Below are positions 37,482 to 45,508 of a stretch of DNA of 64,000 nt, piece after piece. The DNA is from Christensenellaceae bacterium (GTDB lineage: Bacteria; Bacillota; Clostridia; Christensenellales; Borkfalkiaceae): NCBI GenBank assembly GCA_045586885.1, contig JAZNBE010000016.1, positions 12,757 through 76,756 on the forward strand. The letters are read 5' to 3'. The position numbers and the translations under genes were made by a program. The stretch's first letter is position 1; every line of letters starts with the position of its first letter. The notes beneath the pieces are model-generated. The model was not told the DNA's origin, did not search any database, and saw only the letters and a list, made by a program, of their open reading frames with translations.

Positions 37482-39422
37482 ATGAAAAAATTTGTTGCTT
37501 TACTTGTTGCGCTTTTTTTATGCGTAACGCTAACTGCTTGTGAAATTGTTAAAATTGAAAACAACGCAAGCAATAGTCAATCTTCTAACGAGCAAAACCA
37601 AAACAACCAAGACTCTAGTTTTTATAAAAATTCGTCTTTTGGCGCGAGCGATAATACTTCTCAGGGTTATGGCGGTGGTTCTAGCGGTGGAAACCAAAAC
37701 AATAATTCACAAGGTTCTAACGGCGGTAACCAAACGCAAGAAAATTCATCAAATCAAAACGGAGCAACTTCTTCAAATCAAGCAGGTGGAAACTCTTCAA
37801 GCCAAACTGGAACTACTCCTAGTGGATCATGGTCTGGCGACCTTTCAGACCCAAAGAACCCAACGCTTTATAATATTGACCACTCTAACGCATCTTTTAA
37901 CGGAACTAAAGTAAATTCTTCAGTTGCGCTTTTTAGTTCTCAAGGCTATGGCAAGAACGTAACCGGCGGTGGCAATTTACAAGTAGGTGACGCTGATTAT
38001 TATCAAGTAACGACTGCCGAAGAGTTCATAAAGGCAATCGGTAGAAAGAATTACGATGATAAGAGCGATAGCGGTTTCAACACAAGACCTACCGTTGTTG
38101 AAGTTATGAACGATATTGACCTTGGTTGGAATAAAATCGGCTCAACCGCTCAAGGTTTTTCCGACGTTATTGAAGCAAATAGCCCTTCAGTTCATCCAAC
38201 CTTAAAACAAACTGGCGTTTCAACCATTTATATTGGTGGAAGACAAAACTTAACGATCTTTTCTAAAAACGGCAGTTGTATAAGCCATGCGTGTTTCCAA
38301 ATGCGCGCGCAAGACGGCGTTGCGTGCAAAAACGTAATTATAAGAAATATCAAATTCGTTGGCGCTTGGGAATGGGATGATACCGGCGCTTACGATAATA
38401 ACGACTGGGATACTTTCACAATCCGCGCAGATAAAGGCGAAGTTTCTAATATTTGGATTGACCACTGTACTTTCACAAAGCCTTACGACGGCACGATTGA
38501 TATAAAGTATGGCGCAACCGATATCACTATTTCTTGGTGTTCGTTTATTCCTTACACCAAAGATGATAGCGATTTTATGGATATGATGAATTATCTTGAA
38601 TCCAACCGCTCTTCTTTTTCTAACTATAACACGGCAAGATCAGCCGGCGCTACTTTTGACGATATGGTAAACTATGCGTCGATAAACAAGAAAGTTCACT
38701 TAATAGGCCACTCTGATAGCACCGCTGGCGATGAGAATTTTAGAATTACTTATTGCAATAATTACTATTATGGTTGCACCGAAAGGCTACCAAGACTTAG
38801 AATGGGTAAAGCCCACGTTTATAACTGCATTTTCGACGCATCTACTGCCGATGCCTTAGAAAATTCTATCAAATCAAGAGTGAGCGGATGGCCGTCTGCG
38901 TTATCGTTTGCATCGAACGGTTCGCTTGGAACTAACTATGGCAAACTTCTTTTAGAAAATTGCTATATCGACGGAATTAACACGCCGCTTCGCAACAACA
39001 ATAAGAAGGTGGGCGATGAATACACCGGCGCTGTTGACGCGCTTTGCACTTATTACACCGTTGACGGAATTTCTCGTTCTTGGAGTTACGATAACCAAAC
39101 GAACACTCAAGTTTCAAAGAGCGGAAGATACACTTTCTTTGGTCATTCTACTAAAAACGACGGCAACTTAATGCAACCTTTCCCAATTTCTCCTATCGCG
39201 TTTGATACGGATGCTTTTAAGAACCAACTAACTTACGATTACGTTTTGTTTAACCCAACCGAACTTTATCTTGTTATGCAAGGCAACGTTGGCGCTGGAA
39301 AAATGGATTTCTCTAGAGAAAATTGGCTAAAGTCAACCTATTCTAACGAGCAAACGTCTAACACAATTAAAGTTGACGGCGTTCAAGGAAAAACTGCTAA
39401 TTTAGGCGCATCAAGAAACTAA
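37482..39422 (+). CDS. pectate lyase-like (PL1-type) lipoprotein
   Basis: Lipobox LTAC; Ser/Asn/Gln/Gly-rich linker; DWDTFTI..NIWIDHCTF..DGTIDI..ITISWC and RLPRLRMGKAHVYNC motifs. Confidence 0.82.
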   Translation: MKKFVALLVALFLCVTLTACEIVKIENNASNSQSSNEQNQNNQDSSFYKNSSFGASDNTSQGYGGGSSGGNQNNNSQGSNGGNQTQENSSNQNGATSSNQAGGNSSSQTGTTPSGSWSGDLSDPKNPTLYNIDHSNASFNGTKVNSSVALFSSQGYGKNVTGGGNLQVGDADYYQVTTAEEFIKAIGRKNYDDKSDSGFNTRPTVVEVMNDIDLGWNKIGSTAQGFSDVIEANSPSVHPTLKQTGVSTIYIGGRQNLTIFSKNGSCISHACFQMRAQDGVACKNVIIRNIKFVGAWEWDDTGAYDNNDWDTFTIRADKGEVSNIWIDHCTFTKPYDGTIDIKYGATDITISWCSFIPYTKDDSDFMDMMNYLESNRSSFSNYNTARSAGATFDDMVNYASINKKVHLIGHSDSTAGDENFRITYCNNYYYGCTERLPRLRMGKAHVYNCIFDASTADALENSIKSRVSGWPSALSFASNGSLGTNYGKLLLENCYIDGINTPLRNNNKKVGDEYTGAVDALCTYYTVDGISRSWSYDNQTNTQVSKSGRYTFFGHSTKNDGNLMQPFPISPIAFDTDAFKNQLTYDYVLFNPTELYLVMQGNVGAGKMDFSRENWLKSTYSNEQTSNTIKVDGVQGKTANLGASRN

Positions 39423-39425
39423 AAA

Positions 39426-39450
39426 ATAGCCTATAACTTCATTAACAAGC
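39426..39450 (-). repeat. REP-like motif variant
   Basis: ATAGCCTATAACTTCATTAACAAGC; shares CTATAACTTCAT-AAC with 62638-62663. Confidence 0.6.
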
Positions 39451-39467
39451 ATTTTTTAAGGATATTT

Positions 39468-39998
39468 ATGAAATTTAACTATAAAATCACGCCAAGGAAT
39501 TTGCAACTTGGCGTGAAAAGAATAGCCATAAGAGATAATTTAACTTTTATAATCTTAGGCGCTATAATTTTAATTTATGGGCTTATCTCCCTTGGCATAA
39601 ACGCAAAAGACGGTAGCGTTAAACTGCCACTTATTTTGGCTTTTATGGGGCTAATTTTAATAGCGCTGAGCGCCTTTAGAGTGTTAAGAGCTACGATAAA
39701 CGCTAAGAGAATTTTTAGCGTTTATAAACAAGATTACGAAATGGAATATGAATTGTCGCTAGACGATGAATATTTAATCAATAAGCGAATTGACGCGACT
39801 AAAGCAGTTGGAAAATACGAACGCTTTTTTATAGCAAAAGTTTTTTTCGTTAAAGATTTCGTTGTTGTTCGTATGTTTAATAAATCTAATTTGATTATTC
39901 CAAGTAAGTTCGTTTCTAGCGTGAATAGAGTTAAACTTTTAAATCTCGTTACCAAACTTAAAACAAAAACCAAAAGGATAAATCTAAAAAATAAATAA
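39468..39998 (+). CDS. hypothetical membrane protein (YcxB-like topology)
   Basis: Two adjacent TM helices, then a soluble domain; weak assignment. Confidence 0.55.
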   Translation: MKFNYKITPRNLQLGVKRIAIRDNLTFIILGAIILIYGLISLGINAKDGSVKLPLILAFMGLILIALSAFRVLRATINAKRIFSVYKQDYEMEYELSLDDEYLINKRIDATKAVGKYERFFIAKVFFVKDFVVVRMFNKSNLIIPSKFVSSVNRVKLLNLVTKLKTKTKRINLKNK

Positions 39999-40012
39999 TT
40001 TTGGGGGTTAAT

Positions 40013-41800
40013 ATGAAAGCAAAAATTTTTAGTCTAATCTTAGCGCTAACTATGGTGTTCACGCTAGTTGCTTGCAGTGGAAACGAAGGCTCTTCAAGTA
40101 GTAGCCAAAACGAAACTTCTTCTAGCGCAGGCTTAAACGAAGAAAGTTCTTCAAATAATCAAACGTCTTCTAAAGAACAAAGTTCTTCGTCTCAAGGCGG
40201 AAACCAAACTTCTTCAGGCAATCAAAATTCCGTGCAACAACAAAATTCTTCGTCTCAAGGCGGAAACAATACGTCAACGCCAAGTCAATCAATCGGCGAT
40301 TACGTCAACAATCAAACTAGTATTGCAAATTCTAGTTTTTCAACCGGGGCTTATAACGAAGCGTTATATTTGACTTGGCCGTCTTCTACCGTTTCAGGCG
40401 CGGAAGTTTACGTAATGAGCGAATATGATACCGACTTCAAAAAGGTCGATAACGAACTTATACGCCAACTTTCTAACCAAGCAAGAGTAGATATTTTAGG
40501 ACTTAGTGTTGGAACTTACGCAGTAAGAGTAAAACCAGCGGGCGAAAATAATTTTATAGAATTCGGCGGGTTGAGGGTTACTTCTAACCATGATAGAAGC
40601 GGTTTTGCTCATCATATTGCAAAGGTTGCAAATAGCGGTCAAGGCGTGGGCGCTTATAATAACGACGGAACGTTAAAAGACGGCGCAATCGTAGTTTACG
40701 TAACCCCTGAAAATATGAATACCGTTACGGTTCCCGGCTATGAAGAATTAGGCTCTGGTATTGGTTACATATTGAACACTCAAAATTCAACCGTTTATTC
40801 CGCTTGGCCACGTGGCGTTGCTAAAATTACCCAAGATCATCCTATTTGTATTCGCTTGATAGGTAAAATAACTAACCCTAACGGCACTACCGAAAGATAT
40901 AACGCGGCAACTGGTTGGTATCAACCTGATAACGAAAACGGTTGCCAAGCAAAGATTAACGGCGTTAAGAATATGACTATCGAAGGCGTTGGAACTGATG
41001 CTTACATTGACGGTTGGGGCGTTGCAATTTCTTCCGATGCTAACGGAATTTCTGAAAGCGTTGAAATTAGAAACTTAACTATTCAAAACAACCCTGAAGA
41101 CGCCGTTTCTATCATTGGAACGGATGATGCAAAAGATACTACTATTGATTACCCTGTTCGCTACGCTTGGGTGCATAACAACAGATTTAACAAGGGTTAC
41201 TGCGCTAATCCAACCGAGAGCGATAAGGCGGACGGCGACGGCAGTTTAGACGTTAAAAGATGCGAATACGTAACTTTATCGTATAACCATTTATTCGGTT
41301 GCAAAAAGACTGGTCTTTGCGGTGGCGATGATGAAGATAAGCAAAACGGCATAACTTATCACCATAACTGGTATCAAAATTGTAACGCGCGTTGTCCTCT
41401 AGCAAGACAAGCAAATATTCATATGTATAACAACTATTTCTCTGGAAATAACTCAACGATTTCCGCAAGAGCAAACGTTTATATTTACAGTGAATATAAC
41501 TACTTTGAAAATTGCTCAAATACCTGCGCTACTCAAAGCGGTGGCGTTGTTAAATCGTTTAACGACGTAGTAGTAAATTGTAGTGGCACGAGCGGTTTTA
41601 CCGTTGTAACTTCTAGAGATCAAGAAGTTTCAAACAGTAACGCATTTGGAGCAAGCAGTAACTACTGGAAGAATTTTGATACTCAAAGTTTATTCTTCTA
41701 TTATAGTAAATCTTTAGGAAGAACTAACGTTACTCGTTTAACCGATGCTGAAACGGCAAAACAAGAATGTATGGCTTATAGCGGACCTATTAAGAATTAA
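40013..41800 (+). CDS. pectate lyase-fold lipoprotein
   Basis: Lipobox LVAC; Ser/Asn/Gln-rich linker; DGSLDVKRCEYVTLSYN and ARCPLARQANIHMYNNYF (PL1-like R-x-P-x-x-R ... H-x-Y-N-N). Confidence 0.8.
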   Translation: MKAKIFSLILALTMVFTLVACSGNEGSSSSSQNETSSSAGLNEESSSNNQTSSKEQSSSSQGGNQTSSGNQNSVQQQNSSSQGGNNTSTPSQSIGDYVNNQTSIANSSFSTGAYNEALYLTWPSSTVSGAEVYVMSEYDTDFKKVDNELIRQLSNQARVDILGLSVGTYAVRVKPAGENNFIEFGGLRVTSNHDRSGFAHHIAKVANSGQGVGAYNNDGTLKDGAIVVYVTPENMNTVTVPGYEELGSGIGYILNTQNSTVYSAWPRGVAKITQDHPICIRLIGKITNPNGTTERYNAATGWYQPDNENGCQAKINGVKNMTIEGVGTDAYIDGWGVAISSDANGISESVEIRNLTIQNNPEDAVSIIGTDDAKDTTIDYPVRYAWVHNNRFNKGYCANPTESDKADGDGSLDVKRCEYVTLSYNHLFGCKKTGLCGGDDEDKQNGITYHHNWYQNCNARCPLARQANIHMYNNYFSGNNSTISARANVYIYSEYNYFENCSNTCATQSGGVVKSFNDVVVNCSGTSGFTVVTSRDQEVSNSNAFGASSNYWKNFDTQSLFFYYSKSLGRTNVTRLTDAETAKQECMAYSGPIKN

Positions 41801-41806
41801 ACAAAA

Positions 41807-41835
41807 GGGCAAGTTCAGTTTTGAACTTGCCCTTT
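41807..41835. terminator. terminator (first of two between convergent genes)
   Basis: GGGCAAGTTCA-GTTT-TGAACTTGCCC perfect 11-bp stem. Confidence 0.8.
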
Positions 41836-41849
41836 AAAAATTAAAGAAA

Positions 41850-41881
41850 CAGCCCGATAAGTCGATTATCGGGCTGTTTTT
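41850..41881. terminator. terminator (second of two) carrying the shared CGATAAGTCGATTATCG core
   Basis: CAGCCCGATAA-GTCGA-TTATCGGGCTG stem followed by T5. Confidence 0.8.
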
Positions 41882-41891
41882 GTTTAGGTTG

Positions 41892-43664
41892 TTAATGAAT
41901 TTCAATCGCGCCTATTTCTATTTTTTCGTTTACTCTAGGTTTTAAGAAATAGTCGTAATTACCGTAATTTGACGCCGTTCCTGCGTTTGCCACTTTCGAT
42001 TGAGAAGTTGGGCAAAGGTTACTATCAAACAAGACTGCGCCTGTTAGTGTGGTTGCGTTTAAGAGGCTATTAAAGGCTGATATTCCCGTTTGAGAACTTT
42101 CAAACATATAGAACTTATAATTTTCGGTGTTTTCTCCAGCGTAGAAATAGTTGTTATAAAAGGTTAAGTTTTTAGAGTAAGAAGAAGAAAAATCTGTTCT
42201 AACTAGCGCGTTTCCGTCTTTGCCGTAAACAAGGTTATTGATAAACGAAATTCCGTCAACCTTTGCAATAACTATTTCGCCAGACCAGTCCGCGTTTGAA
42301 GTGGTGTTATTATAGAGAGTGTTGTTTATAAACTTCGTTGAGTAAACAACGCCAGTTGAACTAGTTTCATATCCTCCAACTCTTATTCCGCACATCGAGT
42401 TGTTTTTAACAACGTTATTGCGAACTAAAATGTTTTTAACTGGGTAACTCGTTTGCTTTTCTTCACTACCAACTTCAATACCGAATTGGCAGTTATAAAT
42501 TAAATTCTGTTGTAAAATAATATCTCTAGAGCCGTCAACGTAAAGCCCTGCGCAATCGGCGTAATCACAATGGCTATTATAAATTACGTTTCCGCTCGCA
42601 ATACAGTATCTTGGTTGGTCAAGGCTAGCCGTTGAACAATAACCTGCGTTTCCGTAAAAATCTATGCCGATATTAGTTATATCGTGAACTTCGTTTTCAA
42701 TAACGTAAACGTATTCGCAGTTCCCAGTAACCGAAAGCGTTTCAGCCCAACCGGTAACGTTGCCGTAAAGGGTGTTGTTAGCAATAATTACGTTTGATAT
42801 TGGGTTTTTGTTTTCGCCAAATAGAAGTAATCCGTTTGCGCCGGAATCAGTGTCCGTTTGCGGATTTGAAGAAGTGGTTTTAATTTCGTGAATATTAAGA
42901 TTTCTTAAAATTAAGTGGTTTTGTCCGTTACCCCACATAGCAATTCCGTGCGCGGCTTTTGCCGTTACGTTATAAATTTCAATGCCTTCAAAAATTACGT
43001 AGCAACAACCTGCGTCAAATTGGAAAGCGTAGCTTTCGCTTTTGGTGGTAGGGTTAGTTATAATAGGCGTTTCGTTAGGGTAGTTCCTAATGGTAACGTA
43101 AGCGTTAGCGTTTCCTTTAGCGTTTACGAAATAGCCATCGTATGAAGAAGGCGTGTAAGTTCCTCCACGAAGATAAAGCGTTTGCCCTGCTTGAACTTCA
43201 TCAAGCGCGTCTTGCAAAGCGTAAGGATTATTAAAAGAGCCGTCACCGTTGCCATTAGGGGAGGCGTATATTGCGTTTTGAGAAACGTTTGCGTTAAACT
43301 CATATTCGCCAAGCGATTTATAGAAAGAGAAAAATTGTTGGTCTTGAGACGCGCCGTCGAAAGAACCTTCAATTCTAGCGTCGAAACGCTCTGCAAAATT
43401 AAGTTCTTTAACTTCCGTTGACGGATTTTGAGAACTTCCTTCCCAAGAAGATGAGTTTTCGGCTTGGCTTGAAGAAATTTCTTGCGTTTGGCTAGAAGTT
43501 TGCGTTTGAGAAGACGATTGCTCTCCGTTTTGGGTTTGAGAAGAATAAACTCCTAAATGAGAGCCTTGCGAATTTGAGTTTTCGTTTTGTTCTTTGTTGC
43601 AACCGTAAAGAAAACATACGGAAAGAGACAAAACTATTACAATCAAAAAACTTAACTTTTTCAT
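41892..43664 (-). CDS. right-handed parallel beta-helix repeat lipoprotein
   Basis: Lipobox LYGC; Ser/Gln-rich linker; repeated PbH1-like turns (IIANNTLYGN, VIENEVHDITNIGIDF, LQQNLIYNCQFGIEVG, VRNNVVKNNSMCGIRVG). Confidence 0.8.
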   Translation of the reverse strand: MKKLSFLIVIVLSLSVCFLYGCNKEQNENSNSQGSHLGVYSSQTQNGEQSSSQTQTSSQTQEISSSQAENSSSWEGSSQNPSTEVKELNFAERFDARIEGSFDGASQDQQFFSFYKSLGEYEFNANVSQNAIYASPNGNGDGSFNNPYALQDALDEVQAGQTLYLRGGTYTPSSYDGYFVNAKGNANAYVTIRNYPNETPIITNPTTKSESYAFQFDAGCCYVIFEGIEIYNVTAKAAHGIAMWGNGQNHLILRNLNIHEIKTTSSNPQTDTDSGANGLLLFGENKNPISNVIIANNTLYGNVTGWAETLSVTGNCEYVYVIENEVHDITNIGIDFYGNAGYCSTASLDQPRYCIASGNVIYNSHCDYADCAGLYVDGSRDIILQQNLIYNCQFGIEVGSEEKQTSYPVKNILVRNNVVKNNSMCGIRVGGYETSSTGVVYSTKFINNTLYNNTTSNADWSGEIVIAKVDGISFINNLVYGKDGNALVRTDFSSSYSKNLTFYNNYFYAGENTENYKFYMFESSQTGISAFNSLLNATTLTGAVLFDSNLCPTSQSKVANAGTASNYGNYDYFLKPRVNEKIEIGAIEIH

Positions 43665-43772
43665 AAAACACCTTTACACTTTATTAAAGCCTTAAATAAA
43701 TGCTTTAATTAAGTAATAGCACTTTACAAGAAATTTGTCAACAAGTTTAATAGAAAAGGATGAATTGTCAAA

Positions 43773-44279
43773 CTAAGTGCAACACTTAGCAAGAAATTTT
43801 TCAAATAAATCTAATGGTTTTTCAAAATTTAAAACCTTTTTAGGTCTGGCGTTAATTAACGCCAGATTCTTTTTTAACGTAATTTCACTAACTTTTGCCA
43901 AATCTCTGCCTTTAGGGTAAAATTCTCTCAGCAAACCGTTTAAATTTTCGTTTGTTCATTTTTGCCAAGCACAATATGGATCAGCAAAATACATTTCGCA
44001 ATTAAGTTCTCTTTCAATATCTCGCCAGTTAGCGAATTCACTGCCTCTATCGCACGTAATTGTTATTACCGCTTCATTTGGTAGTTTTGACAATGCCTTA
44101 ATTACAGCTTTTGCCATTGTATCTGCATTTCTGTTTGGTGTTTTTATCGCTATGTAATATCTTGTTTTTCTTTCCGCTAATGTTGCAAAACATGTTTTTG
44201 ATTTTCCACGCCCACTCACAACGGTATCTGCTTTCCAATGACCAAATTCTAAGCGTTTATAAACCATAAATTTATACAA
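43773..44279 (-). pseudogene. IS30-family transposase remnant (N-terminally truncated, internal TGA)
   Basis: FGHWKADTV..ITCDRGSEFANW..FADPYCAWQK-TGA-TNENLNGLLREFYPKG.. matches the IS30 DDE core; stop at 43956-43958; no HTH region and no inverted repeats found. Confidence 0.8.
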
Positions 44280-44390
44280 GAGATTTGCTAAAACTCAAAT
44301 TAGCATTTTTTTGAAAAATTGGTGAAAAATTTTTAATCTTTTATTCAAAAAAGATAAGGTGAAAATTTTTTAAAAATTAATAAAACGAGC

Positions 44391-44415
44391 GATAACGGGC
44401 TTATAGGCGGACTTT
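44391..44415 (+). repeat. REP-like intergenic motif copy
   Basis: GATAACGGGCTTATAGGCGGACTTT; 23-nt exact match to 54216-54238. Confidence 0.8.
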
Positions 44416-44490
44416 ATGCTTGTTTTTTTGTAAAAAAGCGATAAAAATCAAGAAAAAACAAAACGTTAATCTAAAAGGCGAAACAAACGC

Positions 44491-44519
44491 TTGCAATTTT
44501 AATTATGGTTTGATAGAAT
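44491..44519 (+). promoter_or_regulatory. promoter of tRNA-Gln
   Basis: TTGCAA, 17-nt spacer, TAGAAT with upstream TG; ~19 nt before the tRNA 5' end. Confidence 0.6.
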
Positions 44520-44537
44520 AATTTTACAATTAAAAAA

Positions 44538-44612
44538 TGGGGTATCGCCAAGCGGTAAGGCCTCGGACTCTGACTCCGCTACTCGTAGGTTCGAATCCTA
44601 CTACCCCAGCCA
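44538..44612 (+). tRNA. tRNA-Gln (anticodon CUG)
   Basis: 75 nt, TGGGGTATCGCCAAGCGGTAAGGC.. nearly identical in arms to known bacterial tRNA-Gln; anticodon loop CTCTGAC; GGTTCGAATCC T-arm; encoded CCA. Confidence 0.93.
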
Positions 44613-44613
44613 A

Positions 44614-44651
44614 GAAAGAACCAGTTGAACCATAGTTCAACTGGTTCTTTC
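44614..44651 (+). other. 17-bp perfect hairpin directly after the tRNA
   Basis: GAAAGAACCAGTTGAAC-CATA-GTTCAACTGGTTCTTTC; no clear T-tract. Confidence 0.85.
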
Positions 44652-44848
44652 AGTTATATTCGCCTTGCGGCGAGTGATATGCGTAAACGCGTGATATTTG
44701 TTTCGCAAGTGATATGCGCTTTGCGCGCTGAAGATTACAAGGCGAATATAATATCACTGTGAGCATAATTCGCGAAGCAAATTGGCGAACAATATCACTA
44801 CGAGCGCAGCGAGTAATATCACGCCGAGCAAAGCGAGGCATATCACCA
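44652..44848. repeat. second mosaic element related to 6911-7308 (mirrored GTGATAT/ATATCAC heptamers)
   Basis: GTGATAT at 44674, 44691, 44709; ATATCAC at 44751, 44792, 44816, 44840. The 13-mer CGAGCAAAGCGAG (44825-44837) is the exact reverse complement of CTCGCTTTGCTCG at 7116-7128. 10-bp pairing TATATTCGCC/GGCGAATATA. Confidence 0.7.
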
Positions 44849-44955
44849 AAAAACGCACGAGTTCAAGTCCATACAAAAATTCTTGAAAATATCTTTTTTG
44901 TCCGCTCTTCGCAATAACAGCGAGTGCTTTTTTAGCACTCGCTTTTTTACTTTGA

Positions 44956-45429
44956 GGATTAAGTTACTCTATCTCTACAAGTCCAAACTTTTTACAAACG
45001 AGAGAAATGCTAAAAGGCTTGTTTAAAAGATTGCCAAAAACAGCAAGACCACTTTTACGTTTGGATCAAGGCTTGCAATACCAAATGAGAGAGTTTCAAA
45101 AATTACTTAAAAAACATAACGTAACACAAAGTACGTCAAGAAAAGGAAACTGTTTAGATAACAGTGTAATGGAAAACTTCTTTTGAAGATTAAAAGTGGA
45201 AATGTTCTACGGCGAAAAATTTGAAAGCGTTAACGCTTTCATACAAAAATTACACGAATACATTAACTATTACAACAATGAAAGGATATCATTAAAATTG
45301 AAAATGAGTCCAGTAAAATACCGAACTCAATTCCAATACATTTTATTTAATTTTTTGTTTAAACTTTTGGGTTCGCATAATTTTCAATCTCGGCTTTTTG
45401 TTAAAATAAAATTTTTCTGTAATAAGTAA
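44956..45429 (+). pseudogene. IS3-family (IS150-like) transposase 3' remnant with internal TGA
   Basis: ..LRLDQGLQYQMREFQKLLKKHNVTQSTSRKGNCLDNSVMENFF-TGA-RLKVEMFYGEKF..YINYYNNERISLKLKMSPVKYRTQ; TGA at 45184-45186; N-terminal two thirds missing. Confidence 0.8.
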
Positions 45430-45437
45430 AAAATGCT

Positions 45438-45460
45438 GTTAATCGACTTATAGGCTTATT
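45438..45460 (+). repeat. REP-like motif variant
   Basis: GTTAATCGACTTATAGGCTTATT. Confidence 0.6.
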
Positions 45461-45508
45461 TTTTGCGTAAATTAAAAAGAACTTGGAGGGTTTTCCAAGT
45501 TCTAATTT

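Noticed and set aside
43845-43866. 22-bp perfect palindrome TCTGGCGTTAATTAACGCCAGA followed by a T-rich run
   Set aside because: It lies within the IS30 transposase remnant reading frame (..NLALINARP..), and no + strand gene feeds into it. It is probably incidental, though it could act as a cryptic terminator, so I did not call it as a feature.
44650-44841. 63-aa minus-strand ORF next to tRNA-Gln
   Set aside because: Same artefact: it is a translation of the GTGATAT/ATATCAC repeat array, with no RBS and no coding-like composition.
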